Positions 45,646 to 54,488 of a stretch of DNA of 64,000 bases are shown piece by piece. Position 1 is the stretch's first letter. The number at the start of each line of letters is the position of its first letter. The notes under the pieces were generated by a model. It was not told the DNA's origin. It searched no databases and saw only the letters and a list, made by a program, of their open reading frames with translations. The stretch lies in assembly GCA_963664825.1 (NCBI GenBank), contig OY761614.1, positions 544,001 through 608,000 on the forward strand, read 5' to 3'. This DNA is from an uncultured Holophaga sp. GTDB lineage: Bacteria > Acidobacteriota > Holophagae > Holophagales > Holophagaceae. Made by a program: the position numbers and the translations under genes.

Positions 45646-46995
45646 CTACAATCCCAGCAGTTCCCTCAGCCGAGGCACCGCCCCCCGGCGGACCTTGAGT
45701 TCCAGATGTTCCCCGACCCGTGCCCTGGCGCGTCCCCCGAAGGCCGGTCTGAGGGCCACCACGGTCTCGGGGTGCAGCAGCACATGGCGCTGGATCCGCA
45801 GGAACAGGGTGTGCCGAAAGACCTCTTCCACCTCCCCCAGGTTTCGCCAGGAGGTGCCATAGCGCTTCTCCTGGCACCAAGCCCACACATGGTCATCCCT
45901 TTCCTCGAAATGGGTGGTCTGCTTCAGGTCCAGGGTCAGGCGCCGATCCCCGGACAGGGCGGTATAGGCATCCGGAGGGCTCGGAATCTCGGGCTCGAGA
46001 GGTTTCGGCACCCTGGGTTCCAGCGTCTCCGAAGACTGGATGGGCAGGGAAGGTGCCTTCGGTTTCCCCTTTGCCCTGGGCGATTTAGATTCCTCAAGGC
46101 GTGGCTTCGGTGAGCCCTCCAGACCCACCTCCATCCGGCAGGCGCGGAAGAGGGCCGAGAGATCCTGGGCGCCGAGTCCCTTGGCCTTGGCGGCCTTGAG
46201 CCTCTGAGAGAGGAGATCTGCCATCGGCAAGACGATGCCCATCTCCTCCAAGGCCCGGAAGACCCATTGGGTGCCCTGCATCGCCTGCTCCAGGCTCAGA
46301 TCCGCGGGCTCGAAGGCGTGGCGCACCATCAGGCCGCCATAGGTATCCATCATGGGGGACTTGAAGATCGCGGTATTGAGAAGGCGCAGGAATTCCGCAG
46401 GTGGCAGGCCCGCCTTTTCGCCCAAGGCCAGGACCTCGGCAAGCCCCTCCACCACGACCGCCGTCAGCATATCGCCTCCCAATTTCACGGCGTGGGCCAC
46501 TTCTGGAACGAGGCCCACCCGCGTCAGACCGCGCCCCAACGCGTCAAAGATTCCGAGGCAGCGGGTCACGGGAGCCTCGGCGCCCCCCACCACGATCCAG
46601 AGATGACGGGAGGCCGCCGCGCCGGGCCTGCCGAAGACCGGTGCTGCCACGTATCCCTGGCCCTTCTCACCGTGGGCTGCGGCCAGGTTCCGGGAGGTCT
46701 CCACACCGAGGGTGCTCATGCAGAGATGGATGGCCCCTGGTGGGAGATGGACGAGAAGCCCGGAGGGACCAAAGGTGAGAGCCTCTTCCGCCCCGTCGCC
46801 AGCCACCATGGTGAGGGCGACCTGGGCCTCGCCAACGGCCTCGGCCACCGTCGAGGCGATGCGCCCCACGGTGGAGCCAAGCTCGAGGGCTCGGGCTGGG
46901 GTGCGGTTGTAGAGCGTGACTTGGTGCCCGACCGCGGCAAGGTTACGCGCCATGGGAGCACCCATCCTGCCCAGCCCAAGGACCGCGATGCGCAT
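45646..46995 (-). CDS. Beta-hydroxyacid dehydrogenase family protein fused to C-terminal LytTR domain
   Basis: GLGRMGAPMA, YNRT, APVFG, VKL; C-terminal LGEVEE...FLRIQRHVLLH...LKVRR...LRELLGL. Confidence 0.78.
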   Translation of the reverse strand: MRIAVLGLGRMGAPMARNLAAVGHQVTLYNRTPARALELGSTVGRIASTVAEAVGEAQVALTMVAGDGAEEALTFGPSGLLVHLPPGAIHLCMSTLGVETSRNLAAAHGEKGQGYVAAPVFGRPGAAASRHLWIVVGGAEAPVTRCLGIFDALGRGLTRVGLVPEVAHAVKLGGDMLTAVVVEGLAEVLALGEKAGLPPAEFLRLLNTAIFKSPMMDTYGGLMVRHAFEPADLSLEQAMQGTQWVFRALEEMGIVLPMADLLSQRLKAAKAKGLGAQDLSALFRACRMEVGLEGSPKPRLEESKSPRAKGKPKAPSLPIQSSETLEPRVPKPLEPEIPSPPDAYTALSGDRRLTLDLKQTTHFEERDDHVWAWCQEKRYGTSWRNLGEVEEVFRHTLFLRIQRHVLLHPETVVALRPAFGGRARARVGEHLELKVRRGAVPRLRELLGL

Positions 46996-47119
46996 GGGAC
47001 CTCCGGAAGCCCCCATCCTAGCCCCTCGCCCCCGGAGAATGTCCCTCAAAAATGGACGCCCAAAAAGGCTTCGGCGCCCTAGAAACAGGACGCCGAAGCC
47101 ATCAGAAGAGGGAGGCCGA

Positions 47120-48370
47120 TCAGAGCCCCTGGGGGTAGGCTTCCTCGCCGTGCAGTTCGGCGTCGAGGCCATGTTCTTCGGCTTCCTTGTCCACCCGGAC
47201 AGGCGTGATGCGGTCGATGATCCAGAGCATCCCGTAGGTGAAGCAAAAGGCCCAAATGGAGGAGACCGCCACGGCCACCAGCTGCTTGAAGAAGAAGCTC
47301 GTGCCTCCACCCATGAGGAGACCGTTGGTCACAATGGCGGGGTTCCATTCCTTAGCCGCGAAGAGGCCCAAGAAGATCACGCCGATGAAGCCCCCCACAC
47401 CGTGGACGCCCCAGACATCCAGCGCGTCATCCCAGCCCAGCTTGTTCTTCATGGCCACGGCGTAGAAGCAGATGCAGCCCGCCATGATGCCGATGAGGGC
47501 CGCAACCGCAGGGCTCACGTAGCCCGCACAGGGTGTAATGGTGGCCAGACCCGCCACAGCCCCCGTGAGCAGGCCCACGAGCTTGGGCTGCTTGGCATTC
47601 ATCCATTCGATCATCAGCCAGGTGGCCGCAGCGAAGGAGGCGGCGATATCGGTATTCAGGAAGGCGGAGGCGGTGATGCTATCCACGCGCAGTTCGGAAC
47701 CTGCATTGAAACCGTACCAACCGAACCAGAGAAGGCCCGTGCCCAGTGCGATGAGGGGCACGTTGTGGGGGATGTTTTCGACCACCTTGCGGCGGCCCAC
47801 GTAGAGGATGGAGGCCAGGGCCGCGAGACCGGCTGTGTTATGCACCACGATGCCGCCGGCGAAGTCCAGCACACCCCACTTGGCCAGGATGCCCTCGGGG
47901 CTCCACACCATGTGAACGAAGGGGAAGTAGACGAAGATCAGCCAGGCCGTGAGGAAGAGGAAGTAGGCCTTGAAGGTGACGCGATTGGCGAAGGCACCGG
48001 TGATGAGGGCCGGCGTGATGATGGCGAACATCATCTGGTAGGCCACATGGACGATGAGGGGAATGCCCGCGTCGTTGCCCGTGAACATCGTATGGAGGGT
48101 GATATTACGCAGGAAGGCGTAGTGGCCGGGGTGGCCCACGATGCCGTGCCAGGTGGGGCCAAAGCACATGGAATAGCCGAAGGCGAACCAGAGCACCGTG
48201 GTCCAACCCAGGCTCACGAAGCTCTGGGTCATGATCGTCAGCACGTTCTTGCGGCCCACCAGGCCGCCGTAGAAGAACGCGAGGCCAGGCGTCATCAGCA
48301 TCACGAGGCTGGCGCATATCAGCATGAAGGCGGTATTGCCGAGATTGATCGGCATGGGAGCGGGATTCAC
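47120..48370 (-). CDS. amtB: Ammonium transporter Amt, copy 1
   Basis: MTPGLAFFYGG, DFAGGIVVH, WYGFNAGS, DDALDVWGVHG, GLD..LHGEEAY; GAGGAGG before GTG. Confidence 0.95.
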   Translation of the reverse strand: MNPAPMPINLGNTAFMLICASLVMLMTPGLAFFYGGLVGRKNVLTIMTQSFVSLGWTTVLWFAFGYSMCFGPTWHGIVGHPGHYAFLRNITLHTMFTGNDAGIPLIVHVAYQMMFAIITPALITGAFANRVTFKAYFLFLTAWLIFVYFPFVHMVWSPEGILAKWGVLDFAGGIVVHNTAGLAALASILYVGRRKVVENIPHNVPLIALGTGLLWFGWYGFNAGSELRVDSITASAFLNTDIAASFAAATWLMIEWMNAKQPKLVGLLTGAVAGLATITPCAGYVSPAVAALIGIMAGCICFYAVAMKNKLGWDDALDVWGVHGVGGFIGVIFLGLFAAKEWNPAIVTNGLLMGGGTSFFFKQLVAVAVSSIWAFCFTYGMLWIIDRITPVRVDKEAEEHGLDAELHGEEAYPQGL

Positions 48371-48550
48371 AAAACCTCCTCGGGGGGGTGAAGGAAAGGG
48401 AATGGGATCGGAACGGCGGGATAGAGCTCCCGCCGCTCCCGTTCAAAACCGGAAGCAGCCGGTACATGCGGGACGGGTGAACCCCACCAGGCTTCCAGGC
48501 GCCTGCGCCAGGGCTGGAGGGTCGAAGATATTTAACCCTAGGCCTGGATT

Positions 48551-48590
48551 TTTATGCCATCTTTACGCGTATTTTTACGTGATTTTTACA
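48551..48590. promoter_or_regulatory. Four-half-site OmpR/KdpE-type operator upstream of amtB copy 1
   Basis: TTTATG, TTTACG, TTTACG, TTTACA at 48551/48562/48574/48585. Confidence 0.7.
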
Positions 48591-48649
48591 CCGCTCCCAG
48601 TGGGGAGGGCATGCCTTGGATTGCGGTGCCTCCTCCCCCCAAAAAGGGA

Positions 48650-48679
48650 GGGACCCCAGGCCTGATGACCTGGGGTCCC
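48650..48679 (-). terminator. Terminator-like hairpin after the porin gene
   Basis: gggaccccagg-8 nt-cctggggtccc, with a nearby T-run on the minus strand. Confidence 0.6.
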
Positions 48680-48706
48680 CGCTTTGTCGTGCCTTTGGGA
48701 ACGGCT

Positions 48707-49873
48707 TCAGAAGCTGGTGCCGAAGCTCCACGTGAGGCTGGTGGCGTCCCGGAAGGACTTGAACCCATCGGAAACGCCCGACAGGACGTCCTTATTCAGG
48801 CTATCGCGGCGCACTTCCAGGCGGCTGAAGGTGGCGGCCCATTTTCGTTCCAGGCCGAGGGCCACGGACGTGGCCTTGAGGTTGGCGTTCAGGAGCCCTG
48901 CGAAGGCCGTCCCAGCGGCATTGACCAGGCTCCCATTGATGCTGGGATCGGCCAAGAGGCGGACACCCTTGTCATCCTTCAGATACTCGCCCCGGGCGAA
49001 GAGGGCCCAGCGCTCATCGAGCTGAAGCTTGTAGATGGCACCGAGGCCTGACCAAGCAGCCTTCACATCACCCTGCCCCGCAGCGCCACGGATGGCCTCG
49101 GCAGCGAAGGACTCCTGACCGTATTCCAATTCCCACTGGAGCGTCGACGCTCCCCAAACCCACTGACCCAGAATGCAGGCTCGTTCCCGAGGACGTCCCT
49201 CGGCACCCGTATTGACGCTAGCCTGCTCGACGCCGCGGTAGACCATCAAGGACGCGAATTTGTCCGCAGCTCCTGCATGGTTGTAGGTCAGACCCAGTCC
49301 CAGGGTCTTGCCCTTGTTGTTGTCCCGCACCCGGTCCTCACCGTTGAAAGCCCAGACGTCCGTGCTCCAGGAGGACGTGAAGGCGTGGTGCCAGTTGATC
49401 CCCACCTGGGCAAAGGGATCGGCGTAGGTATAGAGGAGCCCTCGGCTGGCGGTCACATCCTGGGTGTGGTCCACGACCTCCATGCCAAGACTGGTCCACA
49501 TGCGCCCGAGCTTCACCGTGTCATGGCCCCCTGTCCAGATGAGCATGGCCTCCGGATAGGCGATGGAACCCGTCTCCTGGGCGTTGGTGGCGTTCAGGAC
49601 CTTCGCGCTCTGTCCCCCTAGCACCGTGAACTTGGCCGACCAGCCCTGGGCGAGGGTGACGTCGGCGCCGAACTGGAGGCCATCCAGGGCGATCTGGCCC
49701 TCTCCCGCGTCCACACCCCGCAGGAAGAGGCCGTCATCGGTGGTCTGGCGGTCGGAGGCGGCCCCGGAGGCCCACACGGCCCCTCTCCACTTGATGGATG
49801 GGCCCGGTACCGTTTGGGCTACGAGCAGCGCCCCCGTCGAGGCGAGAAGGGTGAGTAGGAGCGGATATCGCAT
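48707..49873 (-). CDS. Outer-membrane beta-barrel porin (BBP2/DUF1597-like)
   Basis: Signal peptide, GRMWTSLGME, SRGLLY...PF, NG...DNNKGK, RGEYLKD, RLEVRRD, terminal Phe. Confidence 0.75.
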   Translation of the reverse strand: MRYPLLLTLLASTGALLVAQTVPGPSIKWRGAVWASGAASDRQTTDDGLFLRGVDAGEGQIALDGLQFGADVTLAQGWSAKFTVLGGQSAKVLNATNAQETGSIAYPEAMLIWTGGHDTVKLGRMWTSLGMEVVDHTQDVTASRGLLYTYADPFAQVGINWHHAFTSSWSTDVWAFNGEDRVRDNNKGKTLGLGLTYNHAGAADKFASLMVYRGVEQASVNTGAEGRPRERACILGQWVWGASTLQWELEYGQESFAAEAIRGAAGQGDVKAAWSGLGAIYKLQLDERWALFARGEYLKDDKGVRLLADPSINGSLVNAAGTAFAGLLNANLKATSVALGLERKWAATFSRLEVRRDSLNKDVLSGVSDGFKSFRDATSLTWSFGTSF

Positions 49874-50060
49874 GGTTTCCTCGAAGGGCAAGGGGTGAAA
49901 GGCGGATCATCGACGGGCCCAGGGGGCTCCCCGAACAGAAGGGCAGACCTCCATCTAGGGGGCGGCGACCCACAGACAGTCTGTTGGCGCATTCTGCCAC
50001 CTTTTGAGCCCCACCGAATCATCGAAGGCCTACCCCTGCGAAGGGCGACATGGTTCTGTT

Positions 50061-50100
50061 TTTATGGAATTTTTGCACGAGCATTTACCTGATTTTTACG
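50061..50100. promoter_or_regulatory. Second four-half-site operator between porin and amtB copy 2
   Basis: TTTATG, TTTGCA, TTTACC, TTTACG at 50061/50072/50084/50095; same 11-12-11 spacing as 48551-48590. Confidence 0.7.
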
Positions 50101-50353
50101 CACATATCCAATTAGCCTTTGGAAGGCCACTCCATGCCTTTGGGGTGTCACCGCTAGAGTTGCTCCCCATGGCCGCAGCCTTTCAATTTTTTTCAATATG
50201 GGGCCTGGCCTAGTGCTGCGATTCGTTCATGCCAATAGTTAAATGTATTGTCCATATTGCGACGTCACTCACACGGAACTCGAAAAGCCTTTTACCAAAA
50301 GGCACCACGAAACCCCTTCACAACCACGGACCTTCATTCCAGAGGAGAACGAA

Positions 50354-51577
50354 ATGACCCCCGCTTTAGACACAGGCAATGTAGCCTTCATGCTAGTTGC
50401 CGCCAGCTTGGTGATGCTCATGACACCCGGGTTGGCCTTTTTCTACGGTGGACTGGTCGGCCGCAAGAATGTGCTGGCGATCATGATCCAGAGCTTCGTA
50501 TCCATGGGCTGGACCACCTTCCTCTGGTGGGCCTGCGGGTATTCCCTCGTCTTCAGCGGCGGGGAGGGCGCCATCATCGGCAACCTCAAACTCGCCTTCA
50601 TGCATGGCGCCATGCCGACGGATATCCATGTCGCCAGCGGGATGCCCCTCTTCGTGGTCTTCGTCTACCAGATGATGTTCGCCATCATCACCCCCGCCCT
50701 GATCACGGGCGCCTTCGCCAACCGGATCAAGTTCTCGGCCTACCTGATATTCCTCACCCTGTGGATGCTCTTCGTCTACTTCCCCATCGCCCACATGGTC
50801 TGGGGCGGAGGCCTCTTCGCGAAGTGGGGCGTGCTGGACTTCGCCGGCGGCACGGCCGTCCATGCCACGGCCGGGTTCGCCGCTCTGGCTTCCGTGATCT
50901 ACGTCGGCAAGCGGAAATTCGCCGACAAGGGTCCCCACAGCATTCCCCTGGCGGCCCTCGGCACGGCCCTGCTCTGGTTTGGCTGGTACGGCTTCAATGC
51001 CGGCAGCGAGATGAAGGTCGATCACGTCACCATCACCGCGTTCATCAACACCGATATCTGCGCCTCCATTGCCGCCATCACCTGGCTGGCCATCGCCTGG
51101 AAGTTCGAGAAGAAGCCCAAGTTCGTGGGCCTTCTCACGGGCGCCGTGGCGGGCCTGGTGGCCATCACCCCCGCTGCGGGCTATGTCAGCATCAATGGGG
51201 CCGTGGTCATCGGCGTAATCGTCAGCGTCATCTGCTACCTGGCCGTAGAGCTCAAGAACAAGATGGGCCTCGATGACGCCTTGGATGTCTGGGGTGTCCA
51301 CGGCGTCGGTGGCGTGGTGGGCTGCATCTGCACGGGCATCTTCGCCACCAAGCTCTGGAACCCCGCCGGGGCCGATGGCCTCCTCCGCGGTGGCACCCAT
51401 TTCTTCTGGATGCAGGTCCTCAGCGTGGCCATCACCGCCGCTTACGCCTTCGTGTTCAGCTACGTGGCCCTCTGGCTCATCAATAAGGTGACCCCCGTAA
51501 AGGTGACCCCCGAGGAAGAAGAAGAAGGGCTCGATACCGCCATGCACGGCGAAGAGGCCTACATCTCCATCGACTAA
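50354..51577 (+). CDS. amtB: Ammonium transporter Amt, copy 2
   Basis: GAGGAG RBS; MTPGLAFFYGG, DFAGGTAVH, WYGFNAGS, DVWGVHG, EEGLD..MHGEEAY. Confidence 0.95.
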   Translation: MTPALDTGNVAFMLVAASLVMLMTPGLAFFYGGLVGRKNVLAIMIQSFVSMGWTTFLWWACGYSLVFSGGEGAIIGNLKLAFMHGAMPTDIHVASGMPLFVVFVYQMMFAIITPALITGAFANRIKFSAYLIFLTLWMLFVYFPIAHMVWGGGLFAKWGVLDFAGGTAVHATAGFAALASVIYVGKRKFADKGPHSIPLAALGTALLWFGWYGFNAGSEMKVDHVTITAFINTDICASIAAITWLAIAWKFEKKPKFVGLLTGAVAGLVAITPAAGYVSINGAVVIGVIVSVICYLAVELKNKMGLDDALDVWGVHGVGGVVGCICTGIFATKLWNPAGADGLLRGGTHFFWMQVLSVAITAAYAFVFSYVALWLINKVTPVKVTPEEEEEGLDTAMHGEEAYISID

Positions 51578-51596
51578 AAGACCCGTTCAGACAGAG

Positions 51597-51629
51597 AGGA
51601 GGGGCGGCGCCCGAGGCGCAGCCCCTCCT
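51597..51629 (+). terminator. Hairpin after amtB copy 2
   Basis: aggaggggc-g-gcgcc-cga-ggcgc-a-gcccctcct. Confidence 0.55.
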
Positions 51630-51718
51630 TCTGCCTAGGGCTCCCTTTCATACACGCGGCCTTCGAGGCCTCCGCCCATGAGATCATCTGAGAAGCAGTC
51701 CTCAGGAGCGAAACCCGG

Positions 51719-53686
51719 ATGAACAACGCGTTCCCGAACGATACCTCGCCCATCCTGGTGGCCCTGGGCTCCGAGGCGCGCACCCTGCGCCTCGTGCATG
51801 TGGGCTTCCGGATGGCCCGGGAACAGGGCCGCCCCTGGGTGGCCGTCCACGTGGAGGTGATGGGCTGGGAGACGGCCGAAGAGGCTGACCAGGCCAGGGT
51901 CTGGCTGCAGGAGGCCCATGAACTCGGGGCCGAAGTGACCTGGGTGAAGGCCTCGAGTGTCGTCAATGGGTTGGTGGTGGAAGTCCGCAGGCGCTTGGCC
52001 TCCACCCTCATCATGGGCAAGAGCGCTCCCCAGGGCCTCTGGGGGCGCCTGGAACACTCCAAGGCCCAGGGCATCCTGCGCCGCACGCCGGATCTCCGCA
52101 TCCTGGCCCTGGCCCTCGACGCTTCCACCCCCAAGGGCGAGGCCTTTCAAAGCCTCGAAGACACCATCGGCATCTACCTGGCCATGGCCGTGCTCCTGGT
52201 AGTCTGCACCATTGGAGCCGCGGCCTTCTCTGCGGCCATCGGATTCCCGGCAATCCCAGCCGTCTTCTCCATGGGCGTAGCCTTCGTGGCCTATCGATGG
52301 GGCCGCCGGATCTCCATTCCCGCCACCCTGCTGAGCGCCCTGTTCTACGACTATTTCCTCGAAAACCGCTTCAGTTTCTTCATTGAAGACTGGCTCAAAT
52401 TCTTCTACTTCCTGGGCACCCTCGTCACCGTGCAGGTGCTGGTGGACCTGGTGCGCCGACTGCATCTCGAGACCCGTGCCGGTCGGCGGCGGGAGGCCGA
52501 AACCGTCCTCCTGATGCTCCTGGGCCGAGCCCTGGCCCGGTGTTCCACGATCCAGGAGGTCTCGGAGGTCCTCTCCCGCCGCTTGCAGAGCCTCTTCCAG
52601 TGCAAGGCCAGCCTGCTGATCCCCGGGGAGGGAGACACCTGGATCCGCATGCCGGAATGCACCAACATCCCGGACTGCCCGCCCCCCAGTGAACTCCTGC
52701 CCGAATTCAGCCACGCCTCCACCCGGGAGGATCCCCTGGAACCCCTGTTCCGGGAGGGGTGTTCCTTCGTCTCCCTGGCCAGCACCGGGGGCACGGAAGG
52801 GCTGCTTCGGATGCGGCTGGCGAACGACGCGAAATTCCCCCAGGAGTCCTGGGGTTCCCTCCAGGCCTTCGCCATCCAGGGCACCCTGGCCCTGGAGCGG
52901 GTGCGCTGGGTGGAGGCCGCCCAGAGCGCCCACCTGGAAAGCGAGACGGAGCGCATGCGCAGTTCCCTGCTCAGCTCCATCTCCCATGATCTGCGCACGC
53001 CCCTGGCCGGGATCCAAGGGGCGGCCAGCAGCCTCCTCCTCCCGGCCACCCTGCCCGAATCCACCCGGCGCGACATGCTCTCCATGATCCACGACGAAAG
53101 CGAGCGCCTGGCCCAGCTCATCGGCAATCTCCTGGATATCACGCGCCTGGAGAGCGGAGCCATCCAGCTTCGCAAGGAATGGCAGCCGTTGGGCGAAGTG
53201 GTGGGAGCGGCCCTGCGGCGGGCCGAATCCGGCAGCGGCCTCCAGAATGTCCGGCTGGATCTCCCCGAAGATCTCCCCCTGGTCCCCCTGGACGCGGTGT
53301 TGGCCGAGCAGCTCCTGATCAACCTCCTGGTGAACGCCCGGCGCCATGCCCCCGAGAGCCCCGTGGAACTGAGGGCTTGGCCCGAATCAGAGAGCCTCGA
53401 ACTGGAGATCGCCGATCGAGGCCCCGGCATTCCCCAGGCCTACCGTGAACGCATTTTCGATAAATTCTTCCGACTCCCGGCCTCGACGGCCGGGGATGGC
53501 GGAGTGGGCCTGGGCTTGGCCATCTGCCATGCCATCGCCAAGGCCCACGGAGGGAGGATCTGGGTCGAGGATCGAAGCGGCGGGGGGGCCTCCTTCCGGG
53601 TCTCCCTCCCCCTCACAGGCACGCCCCCCCCGCCCCCGGATTCCGAGCCCCCCCCCGAAGAGGAGTGTCCATGGCCCTGCCCCTGA
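51719..53686 (+). CDS. KdpD-like sensor kinase lacking the N-terminal KdpD domain (USP-DUF4118-GAF-like-HisKA-HATPase)
   Basis: ILVAL...RLV...WVAVHVE aligns with the KdpD USP domain; 4 TM; SHDLRTPL; NLLDITRLESG; GLGLAIC. Confidence 0.85.
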   Translation: MNNAFPNDTSPILVALGSEARTLRLVHVGFRMAREQGRPWVAVHVEVMGWETAEEADQARVWLQEAHELGAEVTWVKASSVVNGLVVEVRRRLASTLIMGKSAPQGLWGRLEHSKAQGILRRTPDLRILALALDASTPKGEAFQSLEDTIGIYLAMAVLLVVCTIGAAAFSAAIGFPAIPAVFSMGVAFVAYRWGRRISIPATLLSALFYDYFLENRFSFFIEDWLKFFYFLGTLVTVQVLVDLVRRLHLETRAGRRREAETVLLMLLGRALARCSTIQEVSEVLSRRLQSLFQCKASLLIPGEGDTWIRMPECTNIPDCPPPSELLPEFSHASTREDPLEPLFREGCSFVSLASTGGTEGLLRMRLANDAKFPQESWGSLQAFAIQGTLALERVRWVEAAQSAHLESETERMRSSLLSSISHDLRTPLAGIQGAASSLLLPATLPESTRRDMLSMIHDESERLAQLIGNLLDITRLESGAIQLRKEWQPLGEVVGAALRRAESGSGLQNVRLDLPEDLPLVPLDAVLAEQLLINLLVNARRHAPESPVELRAWPESESLELEIADRGPGIPQAYRERIFDKFFRLPASTAGDGGVGLGLAICHAIAKAHGGRIWVEDRSGGGASFRVSLPLTGTPPPPPDSEPPPEEECPWPCP

Positions 53687-54357
53687 TACTACTCATCGAG
53701 GACGAGGCCACCCTCCGCCGCTTCCTGGCCCCCACCCTGCTCAACCAGGGCTACCAGGTCATCCAGGCCACCACCGGAGCCGAGGGGCTCACCATGGCCC
53801 GCAGCTACAACCCGGACTTGGTGCTTCTGGACCTGGGGCTCCCGGATCAGGATGGCCTCAAGGTGCTCGAAGGCATCCGCTCCTGGAGTCGGCGTCCCAT
53901 CCTCATCCTCTCGGCACGCAATCAGGAGCGCGTGAAAGTCCACGCCCTGGACCTGGGCGCCGACGACTACCTCACGAAACCCTTCGGGGCCCCAGAGCTC
54001 CTGGCGCGGATCCGGGTGGCCCTGCGCCACTCCGTGCAGGACCTCAACCCGGAATTGGTCTTCGATCAGGGAGGCCTGCGGGTGGACTTCGAGCGGCGGG
54101 AGGTGAGTCTGGAGGGGCGCTCCATCCATCTCACGGCCCTGGAATACCGTCTGTTGGAAGCCCTCGTCCAGCGCGTCGGCAAGGTGGCCACCCACGCCCA
54201 GCTGCTGGCCGATGTGTGGGGTCCCAGCGGTGAAGGCCAGAACCACTACCTCCGCATCTACATGGCCCAGCTGCGCAAGAAGCTCGAGGCCGACCCCAAC
54301 CGCCCGAGGTTCTTCCTCACGGAACCCGGGGTGGGCTACCGACTGAATGCAGAGTGA
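53671..54357 (+). CDS. KdpE-like response regulator (second paralogue)
   Basis: LLDLGLPDQDG, GADDYLTKPF, HYLRIYMAQLRKKLE, TEPGVGYR. Confidence 0.9.
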   Translation: MALPLILLIEDEATLRRFLAPTLLNQGYQVIQATTGAEGLTMARSYNPDLVLLDLGLPDQDGLKVLEGIRSWSRRPILILSARNQERVKVHALDLGADDYLTKPFGAPELLARIRVALRHSVQDLNPELVFDQGGLRVDFERREVSLEGRSIHLTALEYRLLEALVQRVGKVATHAQLLADVWGPSGEGQNHYLRIYMAQLRKKLEADPNRPRFFLTEPGVGYRLNAE

Positions 54358-54488
54358 GGGGGTTCATACCGGGAGTGCACCTTCATTTACGGGAACTCAC
54401 CGACACGTGGCGTTCCAGCCTCCAGCGCTGGGCGATGAGGGAGGTTTCTACAGAATCCTGGCGCCAAGCAAGGGGGAAAGCCCTCTCC

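Noticed and set aside
48380..50030. Short shared words in the amt1 and porin leaders (GGTGGGGYTCA, TTCACCCC) as a common riboswitch
   Set aside because: Spacing differs and I could not derive a shared fold; may be chance.
50205..50220. sigma54 promoter before amtB copy 2 (TGGC...TGC)
   Set aside because: GG-to-GC spacing is 9 nt rather than the required 10.
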